The notes: a model not told the origin generated them from the letters alone. A stretch of DNA of 20,000 bases from Limisphaerales bacterium (GCA_044225505.1 JBGAIN010000022.1:55227-75226), one strand, 5' to 3'; shown: positions 7,419 to 16,447, counted from the stretch's first letter. Made by a program: numbers and translations.

Positions 7419-9446
7419 TTACTGGCGGAGGCGATAGTACTGATGCGCCTCGGATGGAGTGACGTTGAAAGGACTCTGGCCCGCAATATCCGTCCACGGG
7501 CCGCTCGGCGCTTCCGCGGACTGCAATGTCATCCCTGGGCTGCTCCATTCCAAGATAAGAAGGCTTGCTGAATAGGAAACCTGCAGGGTGGCGTTCTTTG
7601 ACACAGGCTCGATGCGGGTGAGTCCCATGCCAAAGGTGGTGTCGGCGCTCCTGGCATTGTAGTTGTGAACTTCGACCGCGAGGACATTGTCGCCCACTTT
7701 GAGATTGCTCGCCAGGTTTGGGGGGATTTTGAACTCGTCCGCGCAGGTCGCGTCCCCATCGCATCCGAAGCTCGAAGCTAACGTCTCTGGACCCGCGTCT
7801 GCCGGCATGCGCAATCGATAAACTTCAACGCCATTGAGGTAAAAGATCGCGCCGTCATCCACGTAAGCGGAAACCTGCAACGCCGTCCCGGCGACCAGGT
7901 TAGTTAATTGGAAGTGCGTCCGGAAGTAGTAAGTGATAAAGGGGAACCCAGTCGAAGGATCCGCTGGCAGCACGGTGTTCTTTGGCGTCACGGCAGCATT
8001 CGGACCGACCGCCCGGACATCGATCCAGAGCAAACCTGCACCCGGATCAGTCCAAGCCGAATCGTCGTAGGCAGGCATCGTCCAGTCTGCGCTTTGCATT
8101 TTAGCTGTGCTCGAGCGCCATTCCTGAGTCACGGCAAAAACTTCGGCGGAGGTGACGTAATTGGTCGTGGTGAAGAAGTAGGTCGGCGAGAACACCGGCG
8201 CACCGTTGGTGGACGCGACGATGCGGAAGTAGTAGCCAGTGTCTGGCGTCAACCCGGCCAGACGCGCCAAATGATTTGTCACCAGGGACTCCGAGGGGCC
8301 TGTGCTCGCGCCCAGCGCCGCGGTCACGCCATACTGGACTTCGCTCGTGGCAGGAGCCTCGGTTGTCCAAGTGATCTCAGCGGTGGTATCGCTCGGCTTG
8401 GCGACGACCTCATTGATAAAGCGGGCCAGCGGTTTGGCATACACTCCAAAGTGGCTGCCCACGGTCCGTTCCCGGCCGGAATCCGCGACGGCGCTCGATT
8501 GATTCAATCGCAACGGCACGCCGGTGCTGTCTTCAATCACCAGGGTGGTGGATCCTCCTCCGTCCATGTTCACGCCGTCGTAAGCGCCCAGCAACAAAAG
8601 CCACTCGGCGCTTTCATAGTCGTTGGCACCCTCGCTATATCCAGGTTGGCGGCCGTCAATAGCGACGACATACAAATACCGCCGATCTTGCGAAACTCCA
8701 AAAACAGTTCGTGGATCCACTTCGCGCGCGTTCGGCGAAACAACATTCTTGCCCGCAATCACCAAGGGATAATTCCCGGCAACCGCTGTATAAACGTTGT
8801 CAACGTTCGCGGCCGGCCAGTTGCTAGGCAGAACTGTGGGAGAGTTCGTCTTATCAAAAAGGATGACGGCGGCATGGTCCGAACCATCTTGCTCCGATAC
8901 CACGATCCCCTGGCTAATCGCCAATCCGTAAACGTCCATCGGCGTGCCGGCCGGCAAATAATAATTGCGCCCGTCGAAGAAGTTGGCGTTGATCGCGGCT
9001 TGAAGATGATTTGTATGTAGAAAATCGCTCACGGTCAGTGCGCCAATTTCACTGACATTTGCCACGTAATTCGAATTCCGCGGTGTGGTCAGGAGTTGAA
9101 TATCCGGGTCAGCCAGGTCGATGCGCAGCGCGGAGACAACCTGCAAATTGGAGAAGTTTCCTACCCCTGGCACATTCGTGCTCACGGAGAAGTCGATCCC
9201 TTTGAATTTCGGTTCCCATGGACCCACGACGGGAGTCGCTCGGACGCTGAGCGTTCCCAGGGCAAGACCGACCCACAGGGTCAGAAGCGGTCTGCCAACC
9301 AATACGGCGAGTGCCGCGGGAATGCCCGGACCCGGTGGCGCCGCTCCAGCCCCCTCGCGTAGAGAGAGGGGAGATGCTGAAGGGTGGGAGCGGAGTCGGC
9401 GCGATGGCGCCCAAAGCGAACTAATTGCCACTATACTGATACGCAT
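7419..9446 (-). CDS. Secreted phosphodiester glycosidase (NAGPA-family) domain + FN3/PAP-N-like domain + jelly-roll domain + C-terminal '...YYRL' domain
   Basis: 'AINANFF', 'DPRTVFGVS', 'IDGRQPGYSEG', 'NMDGGGSTTL', then 'ITWTT...EVQYG...LAGLTPDTGYYFRI', then 'VDDGAIFYLNGVEV...GDNVLAVEVHN'. The start is uncertain: ATG 9446, or in-frame TTG 9302, which gives a clean signal peptide. Confidence 0.85.
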   Translation of the reverse strand: MRISIVAISSLWAPSRRLRSHPSASPLSLREGAGAAPPGPGIPAALAVLVGRPLLTLWVGLALGTLSVRATPVVGPWEPKFKGIDFSVSTNVPGVGNFSNLQVVSALRIDLADPDIQLLTTPRNSNYVANVSEIGALTVSDFLHTNHLQAAINANFFDGRNYYLPAGTPMDVYGLAISQGIVVSEQDGSDHAAVILFDKTNSPTVLPSNWPAANVDNVYTAVAGNYPLVIAGKNVVSPNAREVDPRTVFGVSQDRRYLYVVAIDGRQPGYSEGANDYESAEWLLLLGAYDGVNMDGGGSTTLVIEDSTGVPLRLNQSSAVADSGRERTVGSHFGVYAKPLARFINEVVAKPSDTTAEITWTTEAPATSEVQYGVTAALGASTGPSESLVTNHLARLAGLTPDTGYYFRIVASTNGAPVFSPTYFFTTTNYVTSAEVFAVTQEWRSSTAKMQSADWTMPAYDDSAWTDPGAGLLWIDVRAVGPNAAVTPKNTVLPADPSTGFPFITYYFRTHFQLTNLVAGTALQVSAYVDDGAIFYLNGVEVYRLRMPADAGPETLASSFGCDGDATCADEFKIPPNLASNLKVGDNVLAVEVHNYNARSADTTFGMGLTRIEPVSKNATLQVSYSASLLILEWSSPGMTLQSAEAPSGPWTDIAGQSPFNVTPSEAHQYYRLRQ

Positions 9447-10134
9447 AACTTGAAATTGGGTCGCGCGTGTAGGCCGCGCTGTAGCCATCGTAGTAGATTT
9501 TGGTGAAACTCACGTGTCCATCGACAAATCCGGCCACGCTTTCCGCATCGTTATAGAACGGCGCATTCGCTCGGCCGGTGCGACTGCGATGCCAGGAGAG
9601 CGGCGCGTGAGCCGACCATTCCACCACGGAAAGCGTGCGCAGCGGTTGTTTGACTTGGGAAACTTTCCAACCCGCGATATTGGGGACACCGGGCAAACTC
9701 ACTCCATTAAACACATAGCTCGTGTAATCAAAGCGCGGCGTCCGACAGAAGGGCGTTGGATCGGAATAGCCACGATCCATAGGGCAGGCAAAGAGAGTGT
9801 CGTTCGCCGAAGAGGCGCCCGACAAGCCAGCGTAAGACTTGACCTGTTCCTTATACCACCACCAGGAATCTCCCCCCAGGTTCAGTGTTGGACCTGGCAA
9901 CCGTTCATTGTGATCGTTGGCATACAGAGACACAGCGCGGTTCACGGCTTGGAGGTTGCCGGTGCACAAGGCGAGCCGCGCATTGCGGCGACTGATCGAT
10001 AGCGGCGCAACGATCAGGGCAGCCAGCAAGCTCAACGTGGCCAAGAGCACGGACAGGTCCGTCCTGGTAAAACCCTCTCGAGGGTAAATGATTCCTCGCC
10101 CTGGGCCGTTGGATACACCGCACCCGAGAGTCAT
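9421..10134 (-). CDS. Prepilin-like (DUF1559/H-X9-DG type) protein with non-canonical N-terminal motif
   Basis: 'EG^FTRTDLSVLLATLSLLAALIV', 'CTGNLQ...LYANDH...LP', 'FACPMD', C-terminal 'AGFVDGHV'. The ATG at 10134 overlaps the upstream TGA (ATGA). Confidence 0.8.
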   Translation of the reverse strand: MTLGCGVSNGPGRGIIYPREGFTRTDLSVLLATLSLLAALIVAPLSISRRNARLALCTGNLQAVNRAVSLYANDHNERLPGPTLNLGGDSWWWYKEQVKSYAGLSGASSANDTLFACPMDRGYSDPTPFCRTPRFDYTSYVFNGVSLPGVPNIAGWKVSQVKQPLRTLSVVEWSAHAPLSWHRSRTGRANAPFYNDAESVAGFVDGHVSFTKIYYDGYSAAYTRDPISSYAYQYSGN

Positions 10135-10799
10135 GGCTTCCCCCATTCTTCGTCGGAAGACAAGCGCGCGGAAAGATCCTGCGGGCGCACGATCTGGTAA
10201 AGCTGATCGAACCGCGTGGTTGCGGCGGTGGACTTGCCTTGGCTTTGCGTTGAGTCTTTGCGCGGGACGACCGCCGCGTGCAACAGCGCAGCCTGAAAGA
10301 GTTGGCGCAAGTCGACGTTCTCCGCGAGGTTGCCCGGGCAGAAGGCAACCACCTTAGCGAACGATTTCCCCAATTTGCCTCGCTGTTCGGAGGTCAGCAA
10401 AGGCGGACCCAGTAGTGAGATCACCACGGAATTGACGTCAGGTCGGCGCATGAGTTCGAAGAAATCCCCAGAGGGCACGTCCACCGGTCGGAGAGGATCG
10501 GTCTGCAGCAGATGCAATGCAGGGGCGGGCACGCCCGCGTGTCGGAGTTCCGATTGCAGCGCGTTCAGCAGCACGTCGAGGGCCGGTTGCCGAAACGCTT
10601 CGGTATCTCGTGTGATAATGGCGATCCGTCCCCCGGAGGGCAGCAACGCGACACCCTCGCGGGCCAACGCTTGACCCAGAGCGACGTGTAACGATCGGTC
10701 TAAGGTGGGCTTTGGCTCGACACAGCTGAAATAGAGCGTCAGGAGTGCGGCGGCCGTCGCGCCAAGGGCCGCAATTTCGATGGGGACCGAACGACGCAT
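10131..10799 (-). CDS. Hypothetical protein with N-terminal membrane anchor
   Basis: ORF sits tightly between the two prepilin genes (10-bp gap and ATGA overlap). Hydrophobic 'IAALGATAAALLTLYF' is followed by an alternating alpha/beta pattern. Confidence 0.75.
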   Translation of the reverse strand: MRRSVPIEIAALGATAAALLTLYFSCVEPKPTLDRSLHVALGQALAREGVALLPSGGRIAIITRDTEAFRQPALDVLLNALQSELRHAGVPAPALHLLQTDPLRPVDVPSGDFFELMRRPDVNSVVISLLGPPLLTSEQRGKLGKSFAKVVAFCPGNLAENVDLRQLFQAALLHAAVVPRKDSTQSQGKSTAATTRFDQLYQIVRPQDLSARLSSDEEWGKP

Positions 10800-10809
10800 T
10801 CGGCCTTTT

Positions 10810-11466
10810 CTAAAAAACACCGCGCGGCTTGGAGAAAACCACGTTGGTCAGTCCGGACGCCAGCACGGCGCTGATTTGGGCGCGGAGAGATTCGGTCTTG
10901 GTTTGCTGCACGCTCCCGTCGGCCAGAACGAGATTCCCCTTGCGCGTGTGCAAGGTCTTGTCCCAAGCCGCGTCGATCGACGAACCCAAGAACTTGCTCC
11001 ACTTAGGGTCCAGGCCTCCGTCTCCCCCGGTCACATTGCTATCGCCGGTGACGATAGTTTGCGGTTTTTCCTCAGTGGCGGAAAGCCCGACGAAATAGCT
11101 GACATGCGCGTCGCCTGAGAGGGAAACCCAGTTCGTAGAGGGTTTTTTCTTCGTTTCCGCAGGGCAAAGCAGAATGTGGGTCGAGCCGAGTTCGTTGGAA
11201 CAGACCCGGAAGTGATCGGACCAATCCGCGGAATCGGAGCTGCCGCCATTCGCTCCCAGGACGTTCCAGGGGTATTTGTCTGCGTTATCGTGAGCCCACA
11301 GGCGAAAGCCTAAGCCTGTCTGGCGAAGGTTGTTAACGCAGGCGATGCGCTTCGCTTTGGCCTTACTCGCGGCCAGGGCGGGGAGGAGCATGCCCGCCAG
11401 AATCGCGATGATGGCCATCACGATCAGCAACTCAATCAGAGTGAAGGCCTTTTGTTTCCGGTTCAT
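10810..11466 (-). CDS. Prepilin-type N-terminal cleavage/methylation protein with H-X9-DG domain
   Basis: Canonical 'KA^[24 protein letters not shown]', 'CVNNLRQ', and exact H-X9-DG motif ([12 protein letters not shown]). Confidence 0.92.
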   Translation of the reverse strand: MNRKQKAFTLIELLIVMAIIAILAGMLLPALAASKAKAKRIACVNNLRQTGLGFRLWAHDNADKYPWNVLGANGGSSDSADWSDHFRVCSNELGSTHILLCPAETKKKPSTNWVSLSGDAHVSYFVGLSATEEKPQTIVTGDSNVTGGDGGLDPKWSKFLGSSIDAAWDKTLHTRKGNLVLADGSVQQTKTESLRAQISAVLASGLTNVVFSKPRGVF

Positions 11467-11527
11467 AGGTAAATCCCGAGGGCAGCGTTCTTGATGATAA
11501 ATTAAAGCACGTCTAGTACCAATTCAT

Positions 11528-13144
11528 TCAAAAATCGTTCGACTCTCCTTCCCGCAAAAGGGAGGCATTGCGAAACCAGGCCTCTCCCGCGTCGGCCCGA
11601 AGTTCACAGATCAGTTCCACTGGCCCCGCTGCTGTCATCCGCAAGAGAACTTCCAACGTCTGCCAGATGGTACTCCCGGTCAATCGGGACGAGTAAACAT
11701 CGCGCCCCAGAACACGCAACCCCGCTCCTTGATTCTTGCCGAAAGGCAATGGCGCCACTCCGCGGACTTGAACCTCAGCCCGAAATCGGTACTGGCCAGG
11801 GTTCAAGAGGACCGTCGATCGCCAGGCGGCCGACGTCCGACCTTCCGCGGCGATCCGATATCCAGAAGTCCCGTCGTCCAGGGTGATTTGTTCCAGTTTG
11901 GCAGCCGCACTTCCGGGAACGGGTTCCCAAGCGTTGAGCATGGCTCGCCCTTTCGCGAAGGTCGGGAACTTGAGCGCAGGCTGAGTGAATTGTCTTTCCA
12001 GGTCTGCATGCCGGGCCTCGATCAGATTTCGAAGCTCCGCGGCTTGGTCGGTCAGGCGGCGAAATTCTGAGGCGGACACGCCAGATCTCAGCCCGTCCAG
12101 TCGACGGTCCACTTCCTCGAGCAGCAACTTCGGAAAGAACGGTGCGCGAGCCAGCCGTTTTAACTGAGTCTCGAACCTCTCGCGACCTGCGGGGATCTCC
12201 AAAATGGCGCGCGCCACCAGGCCGGACATGTCGCAGTTCCACGCCAGGTCCGGTTTGTTAAGGATCTGGTCCATTCCCGAGGGAAGGAATGTGAATCTGC
12301 CGCTCTCTGGATGCTGGTAAATTCGATAGTTATTCTGTCCGAGACAATATCCGTCCCAGTGGCAGATCAGGATTTCCAGGGCCATGAAGTTTAGAAAGGA
12401 TTCCAGGTCCAGAGCGCTCTCGAACTTGGTCCATCGCCGCGAAAGATCGGGCTCGCGTGCGACCGCGGCGAGTCGTTGGAGTTGCTGGTCTCCCGGTCCC
12501 TTCCTTGAGTTCGAGTGGGGTTTCAGGGGACCATCGACATCATGGCCCAGTTGCTTCTCATAGAGGATGCCGTCGCCCTGGCCGAAGTGCCGCGTCAGGA
12601 ACTCTTCCGTGAACCCTTCCTTGAGGACATACAGGCCGAGGGCCGTTCCATTCAGTTCCACCACAGCATGACTCACGCGCGGGGCGGGAACCCCACCAGC
12701 CGTGAATGCCGCCGCGCCGACTGCTTCTCGGAGATAACTCAGGTCTTCCACCGAGTTGTTAAGATGGATTTTGCGAACTCCACCCCAACCGTGTCCCGGA
12801 ATGGATTTGCCAAAATCCAACGTCCAACTGGGTTTGTCATCGATGGGCCGGAAACTGCCATCTGCGCCCTTGAGATGGACCATGACTCGATGTAACACGT
12901 TGCCTGAGAGGGTCACGATCGCCTCGACATCTGTGCGCGGGTTCATGCGCAAGCGTGCAACCGCGTCGGCAGTCAGGCGAATCTGCACGCGCTGGCATGG
13001 AGCTGAGAACGGATCCGCGATATCCCCACTCCGGGACCCCGCCGTTTCAGCCCTGCCGACGGCTGCGCAAAGAACGATTCCGAAAGCTACAAAGCGCCCC
13101 AGTTCCGCCGCGGCCCTTCTTGAAGTCGGAAACGTCAGGCGCAT
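11528..13144 (-). CDS. Secreted CotH-family kinase with C-terminal carbohydrate-binding-like beta domain
   Basis: Signal peptide; 'KGADGSFRPIDDKPSWTLDF', 'LNNSVEDLSYLRE', 'GLYVLKE', 'HWDGY...NNYRIY', 'FLPSGMDQ'. The C-terminal ~130 aa are beta-rich ('PGQYRFRAEV...LTGSTIWQTLEV...GEAWF'). Confidence 0.88.
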   Translation of the reverse strand: MRLTFPTSRRAAAELGRFVAFGIVLCAAVGRAETAGSRSGDIADPFSAPCQRVQIRLTADAVARLRMNPRTDVEAIVTLSGNVLHRVMVHLKGADGSFRPIDDKPSWTLDFGKSIPGHGWGGVRKIHLNNSVEDLSYLREAVGAAAFTAGGVPAPRVSHAVVELNGTALGLYVLKEGFTEEFLTRHFGQGDGILYEKQLGHDVDGPLKPHSNSRKGPGDQQLQRLAAVAREPDLSRRWTKFESALDLESFLNFMALEILICHWDGYCLGQNNYRIYQHPESGRFTFLPSGMDQILNKPDLAWNCDMSGLVARAILEIPAGRERFETQLKRLARAPFFPKLLLEEVDRRLDGLRSGVSASEFRRLTDQAAELRNLIEARHADLERQFTQPALKFPTFAKGRAMLNAWEPVPGSAAAKLEQITLDDGTSGYRIAAEGRTSAAWRSTVLLNPGQYRFRAEVQVRGVAPLPFGKNQGAGLRVLGRDVYSSRLTGSTIWQTLEVLLRMTAAGPVELICELRADAGEAWFRNASLLREGESNDF

Positions 13145-13147
13145 TCG

Positions 13148-14386
13148 TCAAGGTTGAGGCAGGGCGCCTCCCGTCCGTGCGGGTGAACTGCCACCCCCGG
13201 ATTCTGGTTTGAGCCGCGTGACGATCAGAGCATTGGCCACCGGGCGCTCCTGGCCGTCGCACGGCCGGTTTTGGACGGCTCCATTAAACCACAACGTCGC
13301 CGAGCCGCCCCCATCGAGATTCATTGCGCCTTGGCATCCTAGTTGAGCCAAATAGGCTCCTAACTCGCTGAGCGTCATTCCCACCGAGCCGCGCTGACGC
13401 CCGTCCACCTCCACAAGGAAGAACCAATCCTCATTCCACCCGATGGCGGACCGTGGATGCCGTTCGGTCATACTGCTGGACTCGTAGGAGTCGGCATCGT
13501 CATCGCGAAAACGCAGGCTTTTGCTCTCCGAAACTAAGACTGGCCCGCCGCCGATGGCAGTCTTGACGCCACGCAAGCTTGGACGAGTTTCCATCGAGAT
13601 GGTCAATTCCGCTCCGACGTCTACCCCTCCACGCGTCCGAGCCAAACTGGGACCGAGCGACAAAACAAGGGTATCCAGCGTGACACGACTGTTGCCCTCG
13701 TCGCGGACTTCGCGGACCTTTGCGCGATACGTTTTCCCCGGACGAAGGGGCAGCCACGCGGTGCTTTCGACTTTCTCGAGAATGAACTCTCGCCCGCCAC
13801 TGGTCCGCGTGGATGCCCCCATCGCGGCGGTATAGAGCTCCGCGCCATTGGCTTGCCGGACTGCGTTTAAACCGACGCGAGTGGTCTTTCCGTCGGGCCA
13901 AGTAACCGTAAACAGGGATTGGACATTGGTGGTATGGGGATCCCCGACCGCGTCGAGCCAAAAGGCTGCTCCTCCGGTCGGCGCGCTGATCAGTTCGCCA
14001 TCGACGATTTGCAGGCCGCGCGGGTCTCCAGCGTAGGTCCCGTCTCTTTTATAAAAGTCGCCGTTGATCCCGGCCACGGGCGTTCCCCAAGCGGGCGCTA
14101 TCGATCGAATCTGCTGGCTCAGCGGGCTCAATCCGATGGCTCGATTGCCCGCGTGCACCGCATGCAGGTCAAACCGCGCTGGTCGGCGCGGCACGCGCAC
14201 CACGTGAATCGACCAGGGACCTCGCGCTTGGCGATAGTTTTGATATCCGACATCTGGAGCCGTGCCTTCGGCAGCCCGCGGCGATTGGACCAAAGCCGCG
14301 GAAATGGCCATGCCCATGGCAAAGGTTTTCCAACTTGAATGGAGGCGATGTGCGTTCAAAGTCTCGGGCCCATTGACGATGCTCAT
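13148..14386 (-). CDS. Secreted phosphodiester glycosidase (NAGPA-family) protein
   Basis: 'VAGINGDFY', 'AIGGGPVLV', 'HPRSAIGWN', 'VEVDGRQ', 'AMNLDGGGSATL', 'ERPVANAL'. Confidence 0.9.
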   Translation of the reverse strand: MSIVNGPETLNAHRLHSSWKTFAMGMAISAALVQSPRAAEGTAPDVGYQNYRQARGPWSIHVVRVPRRPARFDLHAVHAGNRAIGLSPLSQQIRSIAPAWGTPVAGINGDFYKRDGTYAGDPRGLQIVDGELISAPTGGAAFWLDAVGDPHTTNVQSLFTVTWPDGKTTRVGLNAVRQANGAELYTAAMGASTRTSGGREFILEKVESTAWLPLRPGKTYRAKVREVRDEGNSRVTLDTLVLSLGPSLARTRGGVDVGAELTISMETRPSLRGVKTAIGGGPVLVSESKSLRFRDDDADSYESSSMTERHPRSAIGWNEDWFFLVEVDGRQRGSVGMTLSELGAYLAQLGCQGAMNLDGGGSATLWFNGAVQNRPCDGQERPVANALIVTRLKPESGGGSSPARTGGALPQP

Positions 14387-14656
14387 GGTAGTATACAGAG
14401 ATTACGTTAAGAGAAGGTGAACCGGACGCAAGATTTGGAATTGGGAGGCGGTCGAACGGTCGGGCCGAAGCCCTTGCCCCAGAGCAACGCGAGAAGTATC
14501 CACGAGTCGCTTCAAATCCTGGAAGTTAAGCCCGGCATTGTTCAGCCCTGGATCGACGTTGCCCGCGACTGGGCTGTCGACCTGACAGGTCCGCTAAGCG
14601 ATTCAACGATCGCTCCGCCAGGATCGGTCGCCAAAACCTTCGCGAGCCCGATCGCT

Positions 14657-14691
14657 GCCTTCGCGTGGGGAATAGGGAGGCACGCGACGGC
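14657..14691 (-). terminator. GC-rich hairpin just after the LysM gene stop (possible terminator, no U-tract)
   Basis: Minus strand GCCgTCGCGTG-13 nt-CACGCGAaGGC starts about 10 nt after the TAA. Confidence 0.3.
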
Positions 14692-14700
14692 TCGGAAGCC

Positions 14701-15348
14701 TTATTCTCCTTTGGACTTCTCTTTTCCAAGCACGGGAATGCGGATCTTTTTTCCAGCCACCAAACGGTCCGCTTTAAGGCCGGGGTTAGCCTTTAAGACT
14801 TGATCGACCGTGATTTTGGGTTGGCCATGCTTTTGAAAATAGTCGTTATACTCGGCGACAATATCCAGAAGCCGATCACTCTTCCGGACGGTGTAGACAA
14901 AGGGTGGTTCTTCGTTAACCGGTTCCGGGGCGGGGCGAGCGGAGGTGGTCTTGGGAGCAGGCGGTGGCGCCACCGGCACTTTGGCCAGGTCCCGGATATT
15001 CTCCAAAATCACCTTTTTGTCGGCTTCGCGTTTCTCATCGATCTCCCGGACATACTTACGAAGCTCATCCCGGCTGACCATGTTGCCAGAACTGCGGTTC
15101 TGATCCTCTTTCAGGTTGCGAACTTCGTCGGCCAGTCGTTCTAGTCGCTGACGGAATTCCGCCTGGTTTTTGACAAGTAACTCTTGCGTCTCCTGAATCG
15201 TCTGAATCTCGGCGGACAATCGCTTGGACCGTTCCTCGGCGTCGCGTTGCAGCGCCAATGCCGATGCATCCGAAAGCGGGTCGGCTGCGACCCAAAGTCT
15301 CGGACTGGCAGCAAGAAGGCAAAGAATCAACGCAACCGATCTTTTCAT
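14701..15348 (-). CDS. LysM peptidoglycan-binding protein (signal peptide, coiled coil, Pro-rich linker, LysM)
   Basis: Start MKRSVALILCLL; heptad-rich helix; C-terminal 'YTVRKSDRLLDIV...TVDQVLKANPGL...LVAGKKIRIP'. Confidence 0.9.
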   Translation of the reverse strand: MKRSVALILCLLAASPRLWVAADPLSDASALALQRDAEERSKRLSAEIQTIQETQELLVKNQAEFRQRLERLADEVRNLKEDQNRSSGNMVSRDELRKYVREIDEKREADKKVILENIRDLAKVPVAPPPAPKTTSARPAPEPVNEEPPFVYTVRKSDRLLDIVAEYNDYFQKHGQPKITVDQVLKANPGLKADRLVAGKKIRIPVLGKEKSKGE

Positions 15349-15355
15349 TGGGTCA

Positions 15356-15384
15356 AAAATAGGAAGGCGCGACGTGAGGTGCAA
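15356..15384 (-). promoter_or_regulatory. Sigma70-type promoter of the LysM gene, probably leaderless
   Basis: Minus strand TTGCAC, 17-bp spacer, TATTTT, 7 nt, ATG (15348); no Shine-Dalgarno sequence. Confidence 0.55.
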
Positions 15385-15509
15385 GCGTGAACACGCGGAT
15401 TTGCAGGCCCGGCGGAGTTGGAACGGCACGCTTAGCCAGCCCTACGGCAAGTCAGGGAGGTTGAGAGCGTGTCCTCAGAGCGCTCGGCGACGGGTTCCGT
15501 CCATTCCCC

Positions 15510-15539
15510 TTGAGGTGTTCCGCCGGTTAGCATTACCTT
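15510..15539 (+). promoter_or_regulatory. Candidate sigma70-type promoter of prmC, probably leaderless
   Basis: TTGAGG (15510-15515), 18-bp spacer, TACCTT (15534-15539), 8 nt, GTG (15548). Confidence 0.4.
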
Positions 15540-15547
15540 CCTCCAAC

Positions 15548-16417
15548 GTGACCGTTTTGGAAGTCATTCAGCGTAGCGCTGAGTTCTTGACCCGCAAAGG
15601 AGTGGATTCGCCCCGACTCCAGGTGGAATTACTATTGGCCCACGTCCTTCAGATGCCGCGTCTGCGGCTTTACCTGGATTTTGAACGACGCCTGTCCGAC
15701 ACGGAGCTGGATGCGGTCCGCACGCTCGTGAAGCGGCGTGCCAGCCGAGAGCCGTTACAACATATCGTCGGTTCAACTTCCTTTTGCGGATTGGAAATCA
15801 AGGTGGATCGGCATGTGCTTATCCCTCGGCCGGAAACGGAAGGTCTGGCGGAATTGGGTTGGGAGTTCTTGCGGACGCGTGACGCCGGTGACGGAGGGAC
15901 TGTAACCGCGTTGGACATGGGCACTGGAAGCGGGTGTCTGGCGGTGGCGCTGGCGGTGCACGCGCCATCCGCGGATGTTTGGGCCGTCGATATCTCACCG
16001 CTCGCTCTGGCGGTGGCGCGCGGCAATGCCGCCCGGTTGGGAGTGCTCGATCGGATTCGGTTCCTGGAGGGGGATCGATTTAGCACGATCCCTCCCGCGC
16101 AACGATTCGACGTCATCGTTTCGAACCCTCCGTATATTCCTACCGCCGAAATCGAGGGACTTGCTTCCGAAGTTCGCGACCATGATCCCAGGCTGGCGCT
16201 CGACGGGGGAACGGATGGTCTCGAGTTCTTTCGACAACTGGCGTTGGAAGCTCGGCAAAGGCTCCGGCCGGGCGGCCGCTTCTTGGCCGAGTTTGGCGAT
16301 GGCCAAGGACCGGCATTGCAAACGCTTTTCGAACAGAACGGATGGAAGGTCGTCGAGATCGTGCGCGACTTGTCGGGACGCGCCCGGATCTTGGTTGCGT
16401 GCGGTTCGGAATCCTGA
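15548..16417 (+). CDS. prmC: Peptide chain release factor N5-glutamine methyltransferase
   Basis: GTG start (VTVLEVIQRS), 'REPLQHIVG', 'LIPRPETE', SAM motif 'LDMGTGSG', 'SNPPY', 'LALDGGTDGL'. Confidence 0.95.
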   Translation: MTVLEVIQRSAEFLTRKGVDSPRLQVELLLAHVLQMPRLRLYLDFERRLSDTELDAVRTLVKRRASREPLQHIVGSTSFCGLEIKVDRHVLIPRPETEGLAELGWEFLRTRDAGDGGTVTALDMGTGSGCLAVALAVHAPSADVWAVDISPLALAVARGNAARLGVLDRIRFLEGDRFSTIPPAQRFDVIVSNPPYIPTAEIEGLASEVRDHDPRLALDGGTDGLEFFRQLALEARQRLRPGGRFLAEFGDGQGPALQTLFEQNGWKVVEIVRDLSGRARILVACGSES

Positions 16418-16447
16418 AACCATAAATGCTACGTTCCGGTATTACCC

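Noticed and set aside
7908..9020. 370-aa plus-strand ORF and other long antisense ORFs (e.g. 5288-5986, 3513-4148, 7087-7764)
   Set aside because: Shadow ORFs opposite well-supported genes, expected at high GC.
14387..14700. ncRNA or riboswitch in the 314-bp gap upstream of the NAGPA-CotH cluster
   Set aside because: GC-rich hairpins are present but I recognise no riboswitch or RNA-family consensus; it would need an Rfam scan.
15224..15547. 108-aa N-terminal extension of PrmC in the ORF track
   Set aside because: It overlaps the divergent LysM gene and its promoter; PrmC similarity starts at GTG 15548.
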